DNA of 64,000 nucleotides from Saccostrea cucullata (Eukaryota): NCBI RefSeq assembly GCF_032062105.1, contig NW_026929586.1, positions 186,001 to 250,000 of the forward strand, read 5' to 3'. Shown piece by piece: positions 36,705 to 51,118 of this stretch (position 1 is its first letter; each line of letters starts with the position of its first letter). The notes under the pieces were generated by a model. It saw only the letters and a program-made list of their open reading frames with translations, ran no database searches and was not told where the DNA came from. The position numbers and the translations under genes were made by a program.

Positions 36705-37601
36705 AATTCTTTAAGAAAATGAAGAAAATATAACTCAAAAGAAGATAAGAAAGATATTTGTTATCTTCAGTGCATTTAAAAAAAAGCAAGGATGAGAGTG
36801 ACTTATTCATGGGGATTTGCCAGCCAAGTCTAAAAATTGTATCCTTTGGGCCCTACTTGGTTCTGGAAATTTGTTATCAAAACATGATGAGGCAGCTTTT
36901 TACATTGTACAAAACCTCAAAAAATGATGAGGGAGGTGATTTGGTGTTTATATTTTATTGATTTAGCAATAAAAAGGGTCAATGAGGCACCCTTGGCAGA
37001 GATGAGGGAGGGCCTGAGAACCAAAAAATTATTTTTTTTTTGCCTTGGTGGAAATTTGTTATCCAATTGTTCATTCAATTAAACCTGTACGTATTCAGCG
37101 CATTTTCTTTCCCTTTGTAATCTTTCTGCTGGTTCAATATGCTTTTTCTAAGGTGTATATCAATGAGTTCCAGATATTTATTGAGTATTATAGGCCACAG
37201 GCATAAAATATAATAATATTTTACAATGCTTGTTTTACAATTGACATGTATGCTTATCTACATTAACATATACATGTACACATATCTTTTTGTTGTGATA
37301 ATAAATCTTTATTTTTAAAACATTATGAGATTGAAGTTTTTGCTGTGCAATTTTTGAATGGAATAATACATTTACATATATTTTTCTTGCCATGTTTATT
37401 AAAGTGTTTTTATCCACATTCCAGAAAAGTTTTGTTATAGTTAGTTATTTATGGAGAAAAAATGTACTTTTTTACCCTTCTGTGCCATTTTGCATGTTTA
37501 TCACTGTAACATTGAAAAAAAAAACCTTTGTCAAACGTTTTTCTGTAGATGTTGAAATAATTTTTTGTTTATTGTGTTTAACTTTACATATATTTTCATA
37601 T

Positions 37602-38535
37602 TTTTATAGGTCAAAGTAAGTTCATTGTATACCCCAGGTGTCGGTGTTTGCGTGAACATGGGCATTCAAGTTAAAGTTTTAGGAGCAAGAAAATATCCAA
37701 GTTACTTTAAGTCTAACCTAGACCAAACTTGCATGGATAATGCATCCAGAAATGGACACTACCACATTTGCTTTGGATTCTTGATCTGACTTATTAATTC
37801 CAAATGAGTAACCAGGTTTAAGTTTTTGGAGCAGGTTACTTCCCAAGTAACTATAAGTCTTACCACAACAAACTTACATATACACAGCGGGTGTGACTGG
37901 TCGGCATGGAATGCTCACTCCTCCATGACACTGGATCCCACCTCTGATGTTTTGGAGGTCCTTGTTTGCTCTGCTGCTATTTTGTAATGGACTTTTGAAA
38001 TTGAATACTGTTCGTTATCTCCGCATATTTAACTAGCTCCAGATGAGTGACCAGGTTTAAGGTTTTGGAGCATGTCAATTCCCAAGTAACTATAAGCCCT
38101 ACCTTAACCAAACTTACATCCAGGGATGCACAATTCAAACCTGTTGCAGATCTTGAGCCCGATCTTAACTTTTCACATGAGTGCATTCTATCCGTACTTT
38201 TACAAAATTAGCATTGATCATCTATGAAACAACACTACCAGACTTGTTTGGATTCTGAATGTGACCTATATTTTTCTAGCTGAGTGAGAACGTGAATGTT
38301 ATTGAAGGAGCTCTATAATTTCATGTCCTATTATGATCAATCTTGCACAGAGGATGCGTGTAAGGTTTCAAACTTCCAGACTAGCTTTGGATGTAAGAAC
38401 AAAAAAAAAAATACCTTTTCTTGATTAGGAAAGACGTTAAAGTTTTCTGAGCAAGTTTATTCCAAACTATCTTCATGAATAAGTCGTACTTAAACCAAAC
38501 TTGTAATAATTGACCGTGGGGTGTACACTTACTAG
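37602..38535 (+). mobile_element. Degenerate HINE-like element with internal repeats, carrying a Penelope-type tail insertion (37885-38030)
   Basis: Subterminal gtatacccca and tggggtgtac..ctag. The unit ttaaggttttggagca..ttcccaagtaactataag repeats near 37670, 37815, 38055 and 38435. Confidence 0.5.
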
Positions 38536-39594
38536 GAAAAATATGATGTGAGATTTGCCTTTCTTATTGGAAGCAAATGTTGAAATGAGATTTGTATTTT
38601 TTTCCCTGTTCTTTTTTTCTTAAAAATAATGAAGATATTCAAACGAATGTTCTATTATGTTTGTTAAAATTGATATTATAAAGTGGAAAATGAGCTTAAT
38701 TTTGACTTTGTTACTTATAGTCCTGTCACAAGTTCGTGAAATCCGAATATTTAATTACTGAATATTATATTCATTTAAGGTCATGCGTTTACATGTAACT
38801 TATTTTTTTTAAAGGAGATTATTATTTTTTTTAAAAAATTAGAATAAAAGTTGTCTGCATTATACTGTTTTTTAAAGTACTTTCAACACATTAGACAAAT
38901 AATGCAGTTGTTTGAGGATTATATTTTAGGATTTTTTTCATGATGAACTCATGATATGAAAAATGGAATTTCTACAGAATATAAGAATGTAATATTTTAC
39001 ATAATAAAAATTGAGTATTTCTGTTTGAAATATAAGTAATATGTCTACATGTATCTCATTTTTTTTTAGTATTTTGATGAAGAGAGATTATTTTTCTTAT
39101 AATATTATTTTCTTGCAAGTCCTTTTTAAAAATATTTTTAATAATGTATTCAAGAGATTTTGCTTTCAGTTTATATTTTTGTTATTATACATAAACAAAA
39201 AATATTTTTGAATTGTATTTCCTAACAAACAGAAACCCTAATATGAACAAAATGCGAGATTTAGTCAAAAAAGTGTGTGTCACTGGATATAATACAAGAA
39301 ATAATTATGTTAAGTGTTTTATTCTGTACCATTTTAGTAGACTTAAAATATATATATATTGATGATTTTTTAATATAAATTTATATTTGAATAAAATATA
39401 CTCTTTGTATTGCAAAAGTTTTTAAAATTCTTGTTTTTGGTTATTTACTGGTGTTGTTTACAAAATAGTGAAACATACCTGCCTACGTATAGCATCTCTT
39501 GACGGAGATTTTGATCTAAAAACTCTGAGGCTAAGAGAGCAGACATTTTTGGAGCATAAAAGAAAGTTTCTGTCACAAAAAAGAACTGTGGAGA

Positions 39595-39770
39595 TAATGA
39601 AGAGTATTCGAGCTCAAAAGTCCATTAAACATTAAAAAATAGGAGCGGAACGAATTCAGACCTTTAAAACATCAGAGGTAGGATCAAGTGCCATGGAGGA
39701 GTGAGCATCCCATGCCGAACGGTCACACCTGCCGTGTGCTTCTTCTCACGATCGAAAAATAACGGGAAAA
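39595..39770 (-). mobile_element. Penelope-like 3' tail copy
   Basis: Reverse complement of the tail motif: ..catcagaggtaggatcaagtgccatggaggagtgagcatccc..ggtcacacctgccgtgtgct. Confidence 0.75.
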
Positions 39771-41875
39771 ATACGAAAACCCTTACAGCAACAAAGCTCA
39801 GATGCCGTGGAAAAGTCACTATATGTTGATGCAAGATTTATACACATTATATGAAATAAAAACACAAGGTATATTTTATTTAATGAAAATACAAGTATCA
39901 GTATTACAAAAATAACGAGTACATTAACATAGGTCGCTTTTGAAGGCTTGGACACTTGAATTTTCAATGAAAAATATGTTGAACACATGTGTGCAATACT
40001 GAGTAACTAAAGACAAAAAGATTTTGTTAAAAGTTTTTTTTTAAAGAATTGTAACATTTAAGCTTAAACTACACGTACACGAAAGAAAACTGGGTTTTCA
40101 TGAAGATATTAAGAGAAATATTTTCATTTATAAAGTTCTGATGTTAATAGGATTATTTATCGGAATACATGCATGTCTTTCTGATACTAAGTAATTGAAT
40201 GATATGAAAAAAATTAACTTTTTTAAGGCTGAATATTTGATCAAACAATATCAATTCATTTAAAATAACCCTTGTAAATACATGTATATGAATAATACTT
40301 GCTAGCTTAATTACATTTTTTGGCTAGGTGCAGAACTATAGCTTTCCAAATAAATGGCGAATTGGAAGGCTACGGGTTCATCCCAGTAAAGGATATAAAA
40401 ATTTGTTCCGTTTTCATTTCTCTAAATTCTTACAGCTATCCTCTAGAAAGAGGTTAATAAAAATCTTAGAAATCTTATCTCTCTCGTACTTGATATTTGC
40501 TAAAATGCTTCGAACCAAGATCTTTTAACATCTAAAATTGCATTTGAGATAATTCCAATTTCCCGGCCCATGAGGGCTATAAAAATAAAGAACTCGACCC
40601 ACAAAGTGTCTCATATGGCCTAGCAAATATGAAAAATTTTAAGAGGGCTATAGAATAATTATTTCTGGTGAATCTTACCTTAGACCATTGATACAGTTTA
40701 CAGGTGCAACATTTCTGTCGAAACCGGATTGTTGGGATATCAAACTAAAATCTAAACCTAACAATGGTTCGAAGTTTTCCGGGAAAATGCCGAAATTAGG
40801 ACAGTTAATCGTGATTTACACATAGAGCACATTCGTTACGGCAAAATATTAAACCAGAAAAATAACAATCACTATGCGAGAAATATTTTCCAATGAAAAT
40901 ATTTACCCGTAACGTGTGCGCCCCTATTGAAAAACGAAGAAATCATTGTCTGTGAAAGAGCTATGACTACAAACCATCATACATATCAATGTGTTTTACA
41001 CAAATTTAATGCATCGAACAAGGGGCTATTATATTGATAAGAGTAAAAGAACAACAGATTTCTATCCCACATGTTTCAGACGATAATTAATAGTGGAAAA
41101 AAAATCTGAAATCAAATTCAAAAAAAAATTATACTATGATCATGTACACATAAATGTGACGTTACTCATTTATTATACGTCATTTGTGACGTCATAAAAG
41201 ATGTAAAGTGAGGTTTCACTTTTTTATTTAAAAAAAAATGCTAATGCTTTTATGGACGTATTGGATAGCTTGTTGTCATTTATAAAATGCCCTTTTGAAA
41301 AAAAAGAAGAAGAAATAAGTAAAATTCTTGAAAAAAAAATCATTAAAAAAATTTAAACATTTGGGTTTTCTGTAAACTGGATCCAAAATAGAACTCATGT
41401 GAGGATGCGTATAACACACGATATGTTTTTGACGAATCCCCTTATCGAACTGTATGTAATATGAATTTGTATAAAACGCGCAGTTACTGTATCATCCTTT
41501 TCAAACGAAAGATACTGTTCTGGGCTTCTTATTTAAAAAAAGTATAATTATATTTGATATATCTTTTATTTACGTCGAAAGTATAAATCTTGATACACTC
41601 ACTGTCGTTTATGCGACATACTTTAAATATATATCCAGAATCAAAATGCATAATTTATTCTAATTTTAATACATTTTTCTATATGTCACTATAGTATTTA
41701 CTAGAAATATTAAGGTACGGATCATGGCATCGCTTTCCCCCTATAGCTAGAGACGGGGCTTGGAGTCAAGAAATAAAATTAAGCTTAAAAAGTTATACAC
41801 TTTGATAATTAATTAACTTATTAAGAAAGAACACAAATTGAAACATGTTTGTGTGTATGTGGGGGGGGGGGGGGC

Positions 41876-42197
41876 TTTTTATACCCCCCGCTTGAAAAGC
41901 GGGAGGGTATATAGTAATCGTTAATTCCGTCCGTCTGTACGTCCGTCCGTCTGTTACGCTTTGGGGTACCCATCTCTTATCCGCAACTCCTCTCATACCA
42001 CTGGATGAAATTTGATGAAACTTTCACAGAATCTTTATTACATATTGCCATTGTGCACCTCCTATTTTACATTTTGATCCGACACATATTTTGGGTTTTC
42101 CGGCCACAGCAAAACATGGACTTTGCCATTAAAACTACTAGTATATGGAGGCGGGGGGTATCATTTAGTGAGCTCATCGCTCACAGTACCTCTAGTT
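41876..42197 (+). mobile_element. DINE-1/HINE-like non-autonomous Helentron element
   Basis: 5' tttttataccccccgcttgaaaagcgggag hairpin, (CCGT) microsatellite, 3' IR gcggggggtat, hairpin gtgagctcatcgctcac and terminal ctagt. A near-identical inverted copy lies at 51468-51767. Confidence 0.82.
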
Positions 42198-43984
42198 TCT
42201 TAGAAGAGTCTTTCATCCTATCTTTCTTTATTTCTTCATTCATTTTTTGCAGTATGTTTGAGACATTTCAGTAAAAAAATATTATTTTTTTCAAAGTGGT
42301 GTGGTGTAGGGGAGTCATGTCCACTTGTTGTATTATCAATTAAAATAAAATGTTTAAAGTACCCTTTCCAAAAATCAAATTTAAATTCATTGACAAGGAA
42401 AAGGCTTTAAACCGATTAAAATCGGTTAACTGCAAAACATTCCGACCTACATGTATTAACCAGTTAGTCGCATTAAGATATACATATTGACATTTTCTTT
42501 TTATTTACACAAAAAGGCTAAAAAGACGTTAAAAGTTCTGTTTATTATTTTGATCGGGGAATTTAATGTACATAAGAGTATATTCTATTTCAATTTCAAT
42601 AGACAAGAAAAAATTAAGAAAACCATGAATCTTGCTTGAGAAATCAGAAAGGAATAATTGCAATTGTTAAAGAAGTTAATTCTGCGTTAATACCGTAATC
42701 GGAACTAGTCTATGTCTGAACTTTTAATTTATTTACAATTTACAACGTTCTTTATAATAACATAATTTAATAGATAAAGGCAAAATATAGAAATATTATA
42801 ATTAAAAGTGCTTAGCGGTGGCGATGTTTTTAGTATCGTAAAAAAAACACAGAACTATCTGGGTAACGGCTTCAGGCGCAGTGAGAATTTTTTTTCCAGG
42901 GGGGTCCAACTCAGTCAAAAAAAAAATTCCAATCCCAGAAATTTCTTGACAAGCAATGCGCATGGGCTTGATGTATAACACTTTACAAATTGACCAATTA
43001 CAGTGCGATCTCTATCTGGAGAGCTATAATTACCTCAAAATATTGTGTAAAAACCCTAAATAAAAAAAATCAATGCAGCACTTTCCTTTCTAAAAAAAAA
43101 AAAGCAGAAGGGATTTTAAGGAAACTGCGTTCAAATTAACAAATATTTTAATTTTTCCGACTTACCAATTAGTACGGATTTTCTAACGGGTTAGCAACGT
43201 TCCGACCGATTAATCAATTAACCGGTTACAAATTGTCATCCCTAGTATATATTCACTATTCTTCTTACCAAATGCAGAGGACCTGTGTATCCTTTGGGTG
43301 TGCTGGTATGGTATTTTATACTTTACTTTTAATTACTCTGAAATCTGTCTGAACTCCCACTTGATCTGCTACGGAGATTGTTTGTTTCTCACCAAGTGTG
43401 TTTGGGAGGGGGGGGGGGACAAAAAAGAATGAATCTTCATATAACTGCTTTCTCGCACTTTTTTAAATGCAGAATTTTACCTTTTCAAATCATAACATTG
43501 TCATATTATACCTAAAGTCGTAAAGCATAGTCTGTATAAATACTCATAAAAGTTTTTTTGGAAAGAGACTTTCAATATACACATGATATTGAATAAATAA
43601 AATCGTATACTTCACTGTAAAATCCCGGCTTAGCCATAACAGCTAAGGAGGTAATTGTATTATTTGAATGAGAAAGCGGGGCGTCTTAAGTAAAAAAAAA
43701 ATGAATAACTGACCCTTAAAACCCCTCTTGTTTCGTGCTAGAGAAGAGACCGGCAAAATATAAGCATAGATTCTTGATTAAATTATATGACAGGTTATTC
43801 CACTAAACTTACGAGTTATATTTGAAATGGCTCACTATAAATTCGTTAAGACACAATGGAATCTGTAAACAGAGCGATTGCATTGATATAGCTTTCAGTT
43901 TGGGCAAAATCCTGTTTATTCATGCCAAACAAGTTAATATGATCTTCTTCGTATAGGAATTCAATAATTCTTGAAATTCACTCG

Positions 43985-43988
<4 letters not shown>

Positions 43989-44055
<67 letters not shown>
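43989..44055. repeat. Poly(T) tract
   Basis: About 65 T interrupted by GG. Confidence 0.95.
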
Positions 44056-44056
<1 letters not shown>

Positions 44057-45331
44057 TTTTACGAACTCTCTCTCTCTCTCTGCGTAGTAAGATAAATGAT
44101 AATTCACTTCAAAATATTTTTAATGCCCTTTTCCTTTTGATCGATTTCCCCCCTAAATACGTTGATTGGACATGTGAAAAGCCTATACAAGTGCATTTTC
44201 TAGCTTTTAAAAATTATGCTTTAAAATACCTGCGAACATGGAATTTTTTACATTATCTAAAAATTATTATTTTTTTGCCGAGGCCAAAATAAAAAAAATA
44301 CCTTTGTTTCCTCTATAACGCGACCTACCCAATTTAATCGCGCCGACTAAAATGATTTTTTAAATAAGATGATAAATCAAATAATTTTTTTTATTGTTAA
44401 CTAGGTTTTATAAAATACACGTACAATTTCATCAAAATCAGTTTTTATCAGAACTGCCGACATTGTGCTACTGTGATTTTCTAGCATTTGTTGGAAACAA
44501 GATGTGATTATAGAGAATAAGTTCTTCCTAAAACAACGGCGCCGTATCAATCTTATGCCTTTGGCTAATAAGAATTCTTCACTCTTGAAACAATTCAATA
44601 ATAAGTTGTGACTTAAACAGAACATTTGAGAAAAAAAATCACTTCAATTATGTGTCTAAGAACCTTTAATAAATAGGTGCATTATAATCCTACAGTCATC
44701 TCTATCGCCTTTTTACGTGACGTTATATTACAAAAAATGACGTTCCTAATGCATTTTTCCATCTAAACAATACCATATTACAAGATCTCGTTTTGAAAAA
44801 GTAAAATAGATATCGAAAAAAAAAAACGGTTATGAAGAGCTTAAAGTCTACACTATCGATAATAAAAATCATGTTAATTTTTGGGATGAGGCCATATTTT
44901 ATGGTTCGTGGATTTAACTCTTTTTGATATGTTCTTGTAGAAGAAGTATTGGAAAGTATATTCAGAAAGCATTGGTGGGGTTCGAAATATCTTGTCCGAA
45001 ATAGCTGACGTTTTCCAGGTATTTTTACCATTTGCTATAATTGTACGTGCCAGGAACATATAAAATATCGAAATCGCAAAAAAAGCATGGAAAATATCTA
45101 ATATTTTGGATAAAGGAGTATCTCCTGATGATAGCTTAGATAAATAGAAAAATAAATTGATGAGCATCACATCTTTCTTTATATATTAAATATACACTTA
45201 TTTCAATGGGTCTTACTGTAGATCTATCGTCCATCATATTTTTTTCATGCTATTGAGCCTAAGAACTGCAGTCTATTTTTTGGCCAATTAAAAAAAAATC
45301 TTTTTCAACAAATATAAACTTTCCCCACAAA

Positions 45332-48300
45332 TCATAACATGAAAATAAAGACACCGGAAACCACAAGGCACAATGATATAACAAAACAATATACATTTGA
45401 TACAGAGCTCAAGGCAATATTACTGAGAGGTCCAAGGCAACGCCGGTAGTAAAAACCGTCTTCAACGCGACACACGTGATCAGAGTCACAGCAATCATTT
45501 TCTTTTGCGCAGACTCCCCAAAATGGCGAGCAACATTGGTAATTGTCTCCGCATTTTAGATTTTCTACGCAGTGGTAGTCGGCGTAACATGGTTCATGTA
45601 TCCAGCTTTGCTGGCACCGGGCACTGGTTCCCACGTGCACCTGTTCACAATCTTGACTGCAGCATTCCGAACCCGACTCACAATTCTCATTTGTCCATTT
45701 GCACAACTGATGCGAACCTGATATAGAAAAAAAAATATAAATTAAAAAAGTTCTATAATGCGACTGCCTAAACTTAATTACATGTAATGAAAAAAGTAAA
45801 CAAAAAAGGGAGAAAGAAAATACTTTTTTTAATCTTGTACATACTGTACACTATAACATTTTGTATCAATGGATGTAAAACTAGGGAAAAAAATAAAAAA
45901 ATCAACCGAAATTTCTTTTCCTTAAAATTGACATTAAGAGTAAGCATTAAGAGTAAGCATGACTAGGAACATCTTAATATTGTTTGGATTAAATGCTTTC
46001 TATGATAACTACATTTTAAAATTTTTGATGTTTGAACTTACTTAAAATAGAGAAAAACACTTAGACACACATACACACATATTCGATATATCGGTACATG
46101 AAAAATACCCAGCAGTTTTTTGTCTATTAAAAGAAGTCTTAATGACCTGACGGTATAAATAGTGTTACGATGCAACATTATTGAGAAAATTGCTAATATT
46201 CGATGCCTTTGATATAATTATCTTTTTATGTGGGAAGTTCCTTAATTTCTGCTTAATTTAGTTCTCTAAATTAAGTCTTCGAGGCTTGCAAATTATGAGT
46301 AGGAAATAATTTGCATACTTCCTGACACAATGGCAACAACCAATTTAACGATCCACCGCACTACATTGAGAAAGTTGAACCTCGAAAAAAAATCGTTAAA
46401 ATGAGATGAAATTGGTGAAAGGGCTCGTGGGATGTTAAGATTGATTGATTGAAAGTTGTTTTACGTCACATTCAAAAATGTTTCACTCATATAGAGACGT
46501 CACCATATATACTAGTGAAGGGATCCAAATTTTGACCTTTACTCGGCACTCAGGGCCGTTGAGCAGTAGGGTATCTTTATCGTGTCAATGTCTTCATTTT
46601 TTTACGAAACAGAACTTTTATTGTCTTGTCCAGAGGAAAAGCTATGGTTAAATGGTATCACAGATAGTAATTTTGCAGTAGGAATTTTAAACCGTAGATT
46701 AACAATTGTATAAATGTATTCAACTAAGTGTATACTTGAGACACAAACAAAAATATTTGTATCTTATTACAAAACAGCTGTATAATCAAATAGTAAAAAA
46801 TATATATGATCTTCATCAAAACAAAGTAGGCCTATTCTACACGGATTATAATTATAGATCAGCAAAGAAGCAACCGCGGAAAGTTGATATCCAAAGAAAT
46901 AAAAAAAAAAAAAATATCGGATAATAATCATATGGTTCTTTGAATTCTCTAATAAATATAACACAAATACCTGGATTACAATGTAAGAAAATGCTGTTTT
47001 CATTTCTCTAGCAATTTACTCATGAAATATACAATTTTCTTAAGTTTTTAGAATTATACATGTTATTAGGTGTGTAGGATTGAAGTATATTGTTTGTCCT
47101 TAGTTTTGATTATAATGGTTTTCTTGCAAAATATGAAGTCATAAATTACTATGGTATTTCGTAAATTTCATTTCTATCGGTCTAGGTAAGAAGTCAATGC
47201 TTGAAATATATCCACAGAGTAGGATTATAAAAATGTACTGAGTTAGCCTTGATATGACCACCTACCGGTACATACATATGTTTCTAGAGAAATAGGTAAA
47301 AGAGTCCTTTGGAAGTTCTTTTTTCAATATGTGTCAAAATTATATTGATAAGAAATACCTCAAATCTGATTCAAATGCAATAATTATGTTTTAATATATC
47401 TTATTCAATTAACAATCACATTTAATATAATACAATATACTGCAATGCAAATAATCTGAAAAAAAATCCATTAAAGTAGAAAGTCAATTTAAACGACTTT
47501 TCTACGACTATGCAAATTACCAATAAGAGACGAAACATGTTTGCATTTCATGATCTCGGTCATCTGTCTACCGCATTGATAATTGAAGTCAAAATAATCA
47601 TTTGCAAACGTCAACTGTATAATGATCAATTTTCTGCGAATAGTTAGATATTACATTGTGATCATGAAATCGTAGGCTTGTTTCCATGGGCGTTTTACTG
47701 ACTTTGTTTAACGACACGTCTAAATTTGGAAAACAAATTGACCAGTCTGCAAGTTACGTAAACATTTGCATCTGCCGATTCATTTTTTTTACTGGACAGG
47801 TACTAGAAAGATTAAAAAAAGAATGTTATAGATTTTAACTAGAGGTATGAAGTAAAGGGTTTTTTCCCCTCAATTTATTATATAATATATAAATGTGTTG
47901 TTTCAGAAGCTATTTCATTACTTTTAAAAGGAAAACAGCTAAACCGGATTTTTTAAGCAAATGTTTATTGAGATTAAACTGCATACCATTTTACAAGATG
48001 ATATTGCCCTGCAAAAGGAGGGAAGCCAATCAAATAAAATATACCGTTCTACATCCCTCATTTAGCACATAAATTCTTCTTTTTAACATTTTCTTTTAAT
48101 TCAGAGACTCAGACATGTAATTTGAAAGTAAGAAAATAAGTGAAGTTGAGAAAGATTTTCCAACTTTCACCAACTTAAGTTCACTTATGACTTACAAATA
48201 TAAGTTATGAGCATAACCTGCTGAATAATCATAACAAGAGATAATTGTTACAAATTCACATGAGATCATTGATTTCCTTGTGTACATGCATTTACGCAAT

Positions 48301-49897
48301 AGCTAACACAATATTTGGATCAATACCTTACTAATCATGATAAGGAATTGCAAACACAGTCTTCGTGACATTTCAATAAATCAAATCACTGAAGGTTTTT
48401 TGTGTTTTAACTTTGTTATGTAAAGCTAGACGTTTGAACCCTTTACCACAAACAGAGTTAAGAATTGTTCGCTAACACGAAAGTGTATTTTTTTCAACAG
48501 CAAAATGTGCAGAGGGAAATGGCCAACAGAGTTTTGATTTCAATCCATTGCGTATTGGATCTACTTTTTGATAGAATTTTTTCATACGGATTGTTAGGCC
48601 ATTATTTACTCATTGAATTGTCAACATTTCCCCCTATTATGGCAAGGAGCACACCGCGGGTGTGACCGGTCGGCAGGGGATGTTCACTCTTCCATGGCAC
48701 GTGATCCCACCTCTGATGTTTTGGAGGTCTGTGTTTGCTCTGCTCCTATATTGTAATGTTTAATGGACTAAATTTGAGCTCGAATAAAGTTCGTTATCGC
48801 AACATATTTCATCTACATATACACGGTTTTTATACTACATTGTTTTATGCAATTAACACATGATGGAAACACTAATCTTTTTTTTTTTTGTTTCTATTGT
48901 GCAATGAACACCTGTTGGAAACTCTAAATTTTGTACATTTTATGCTTTATAATACACATTATTTGGGTTTACAAATAAGTGATTACTAAAATTTTGATTT
49001 GGAAGTCTTGAAAATTAAAATCTTCCAAGTTGTCTTTGTGTATCTTTTTTTTTATTTAAAAGGTGCTGTCAATCAAATTTATTTTGGGTCATATTTGTTT
49101 TCAGTCTTTACTGCCAATTGTGACGATGTATTCTATATACTATTACATTTTACAACATCCTAATATACGATAATTCGATATTTAACATATATGTATATCG
49201 AACATAGATAATTATATAAACATTTATTTATCGTGAATCGTGTTTCCAATCAATCATAGCGTTATTAACTATATATATAATTTCATTTTTTCAGAATTAT
49301 ATGATTTAAAGCTATATTGTTAAATGGTGTTTTAAATTTTCATCGTTTTTGGCGAAAGTGTTCAGAGTGTTGCTGTCAATTTAATAACAAAGGAACACAA
49401 TTATGAATATTCTGAAAATTATTTTACGCAGCATATTCTAAGGTACTTCTTTCCACATTTTTTCCATCATGCAAATCAATTAAGTATAATTCCTTTTTAA
49501 AATACTTTTTATGTTATCTCCTTTAGCGCCATACAAGGAAACACAATTACTGTAGCGCCATGTTTTGTTTAAAAGTCAAAAGAACTTACATGTATATTTC
49601 TCTTTTATAGCAATACTAATACTGTATCTTTTTTTCTCTTTTATAACACCTTTTTCGCAGACAGAGTGTCGAAAACTGTTAACTTTTCATGATTAATTCT
49701 TGAGCAAAAATTTAAAACTTTAAAGGTAATAAGTATAGAAATAAGATTAGGATCACAAACAAAATATGTGATAGCGAAAATTTGTTTTCATAACATTTGA
49801 AAAAAAAATACATCTTACCAGATATAAATAAAGAAAGTGTAACCGCAAGGAAAAGCAGATTGGTGTGTCTTTTTCTATTACTCTTGTTAAATTCCAT
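45332..49897 (-). CDS. Cysteine-rich, probably GPI-anchored protein with tandem knottin (ICK)-like modules, ~154 aa, 2 coding exons
   Basis: Exon 49819-49897 (MEFNKSNRKRHTNLLFLAVTLSLFIS, G|gtaag, phase 1) splices to 45332-45717 (tatcag|GT). Sixteen Cys are arranged as C-X6-C-X5-CC-X3-C-X10-C, C-X5-C-X5-C-X5-C and C-X6-C-X5-CC-X5-C-X10-C. The hydrophobic C-terminus VYCFVISLCLVVSGVFIFML* has no cytoplasmic tail. Confidence 0.78.
46438..46590 (-). mobile_element. SINE 3' fragment
   Basis: tttcactcatatagagacgtcacca..ggtatctttatcgtg and the (GATT) tail match the SINE at 10471-10742. Confidence 0.6.
48643..48812 (+). mobile_element. Penelope-like 3' tail copy
   Basis: aaggagcacaccgcgggtgtgaccggtcggcaggggatgttcactct..cccacctctgatgttttggaggtc. 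Confidence 0.78.
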
Positions 49898-50538
49898 GGA
49901 TAGTCCTATCTCGCACAAATCACAATTCCTGTCCACGTGTGTTAATCAAAGAAATGAATCATATTTTATCGTCTCATCTTCTGAAACAATAATTCATGGA
50001 ATGTTTCCTGAAATTAGAAATGTCTATTTTGCACATGGGTACCGCTAAAGATTGTTACAATTATATTTATTTTGCTATTGACTTATTTTAGAGAATGCGA
50101 CAAATTTTCTGATTATTCTTTGGCAGTGAACAATTAAGATCTTGTCATTGCTTTTAATACATGCACTTTTTGGATTAAAACCTTTTGATTCTTTTAAATT
50201 TATTTTGATTTTGTAGCATTTACTTCACAGATTAAAAATGTAAATATAACAGAGCTTCTTACATGTACGTGAAAATACTTAAAATTCACAATTGTGTCGC
50301 ATTTCGATGTAATCCACATACAAACCATTAACGTAATTTCGTCCAAGGGCCAAAAACATTACAAAAATATTCTGTTTTTGTCGAAACGTGCACAACACTT
50401 TGCTAAAATATCACTTTGCTAAATTCAAATACAAAATTTGTTTTTTTATTCAAAGCCTTGTTTATTATTCACCGCCTTGTCATATCTACATGTCCATTGA
50501 AATCATAAGAAACCATAGAAAAACCGCGTTTTCTCTAA

Positions 50539-50845
50539 GAATCACACGTCGAAAAAATCACATCTCTGTATAATCTGTGTAATTTGACGCAAAAGGAAAT
50601 CCGATCCTATAATATAACGATCATGCAACATATTTAATATTTACACGTTTATTCTACTGATAGGTCAACAATATGCAAAGGGCATACTTTCAGAAGCACA
50701 CGTCGAAAAAAAAAATCACATCTCTGTAAATCCTGTGTCATTGGATGCCGAATAAAATCCGATCTTGGAATATAACAGTCATGCAACCTATTAATAATTA
50801 CTCATTTTTCTGCTTCTAGGTCAACACTGTGTAAAGGGCACATAA
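50539..50845. repeat. Diverged ~155-bp tandem duplication
   Basis: cacacgtcgaaaaaa..atcacatctctgt..aaatccgatc..aatataac..tcatgcaac..taggtcaaca..aaagggca occurs twice. Confidence 0.8.
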
Positions 50846-50984
50846 GGGATTAAAAAAATCCCAACAAAATCAATTATTTAAAAGTCAGTAGATAGATACA
50901 GCTCACCTCAGCTGTTGTAGATTTTTATACTTTTAAAAATAGAAATCTTGTACTACCTGTACTATTTGATACTTAAAAGTGCGT

Positions 50985-51118
50985 TTGCACGATAAAGAAC
51001 TCTTACAACTCAATGTCCCTGCTGGGTGCCGAGGAAATTCTTAATTTTGATTATGGTGATGTCTTTCTATGAGTATAAATTCTCGAACGGAGTGAAAAAC
51101 AGCTTTAATCAACCAGTC
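50985..51118 (+). mobile_element. SINE 3' fragment
   Basis: cacgataaaga..gtgccgag..ggtgatgtct..tatgagtataaattctcgaacgg is the same family as 10471-10742. Confidence 0.55.

Noticed and set aside
43984-44292. Poly-Phe ORF
   Set aside because: It is an artefact of the poly(T) tract.
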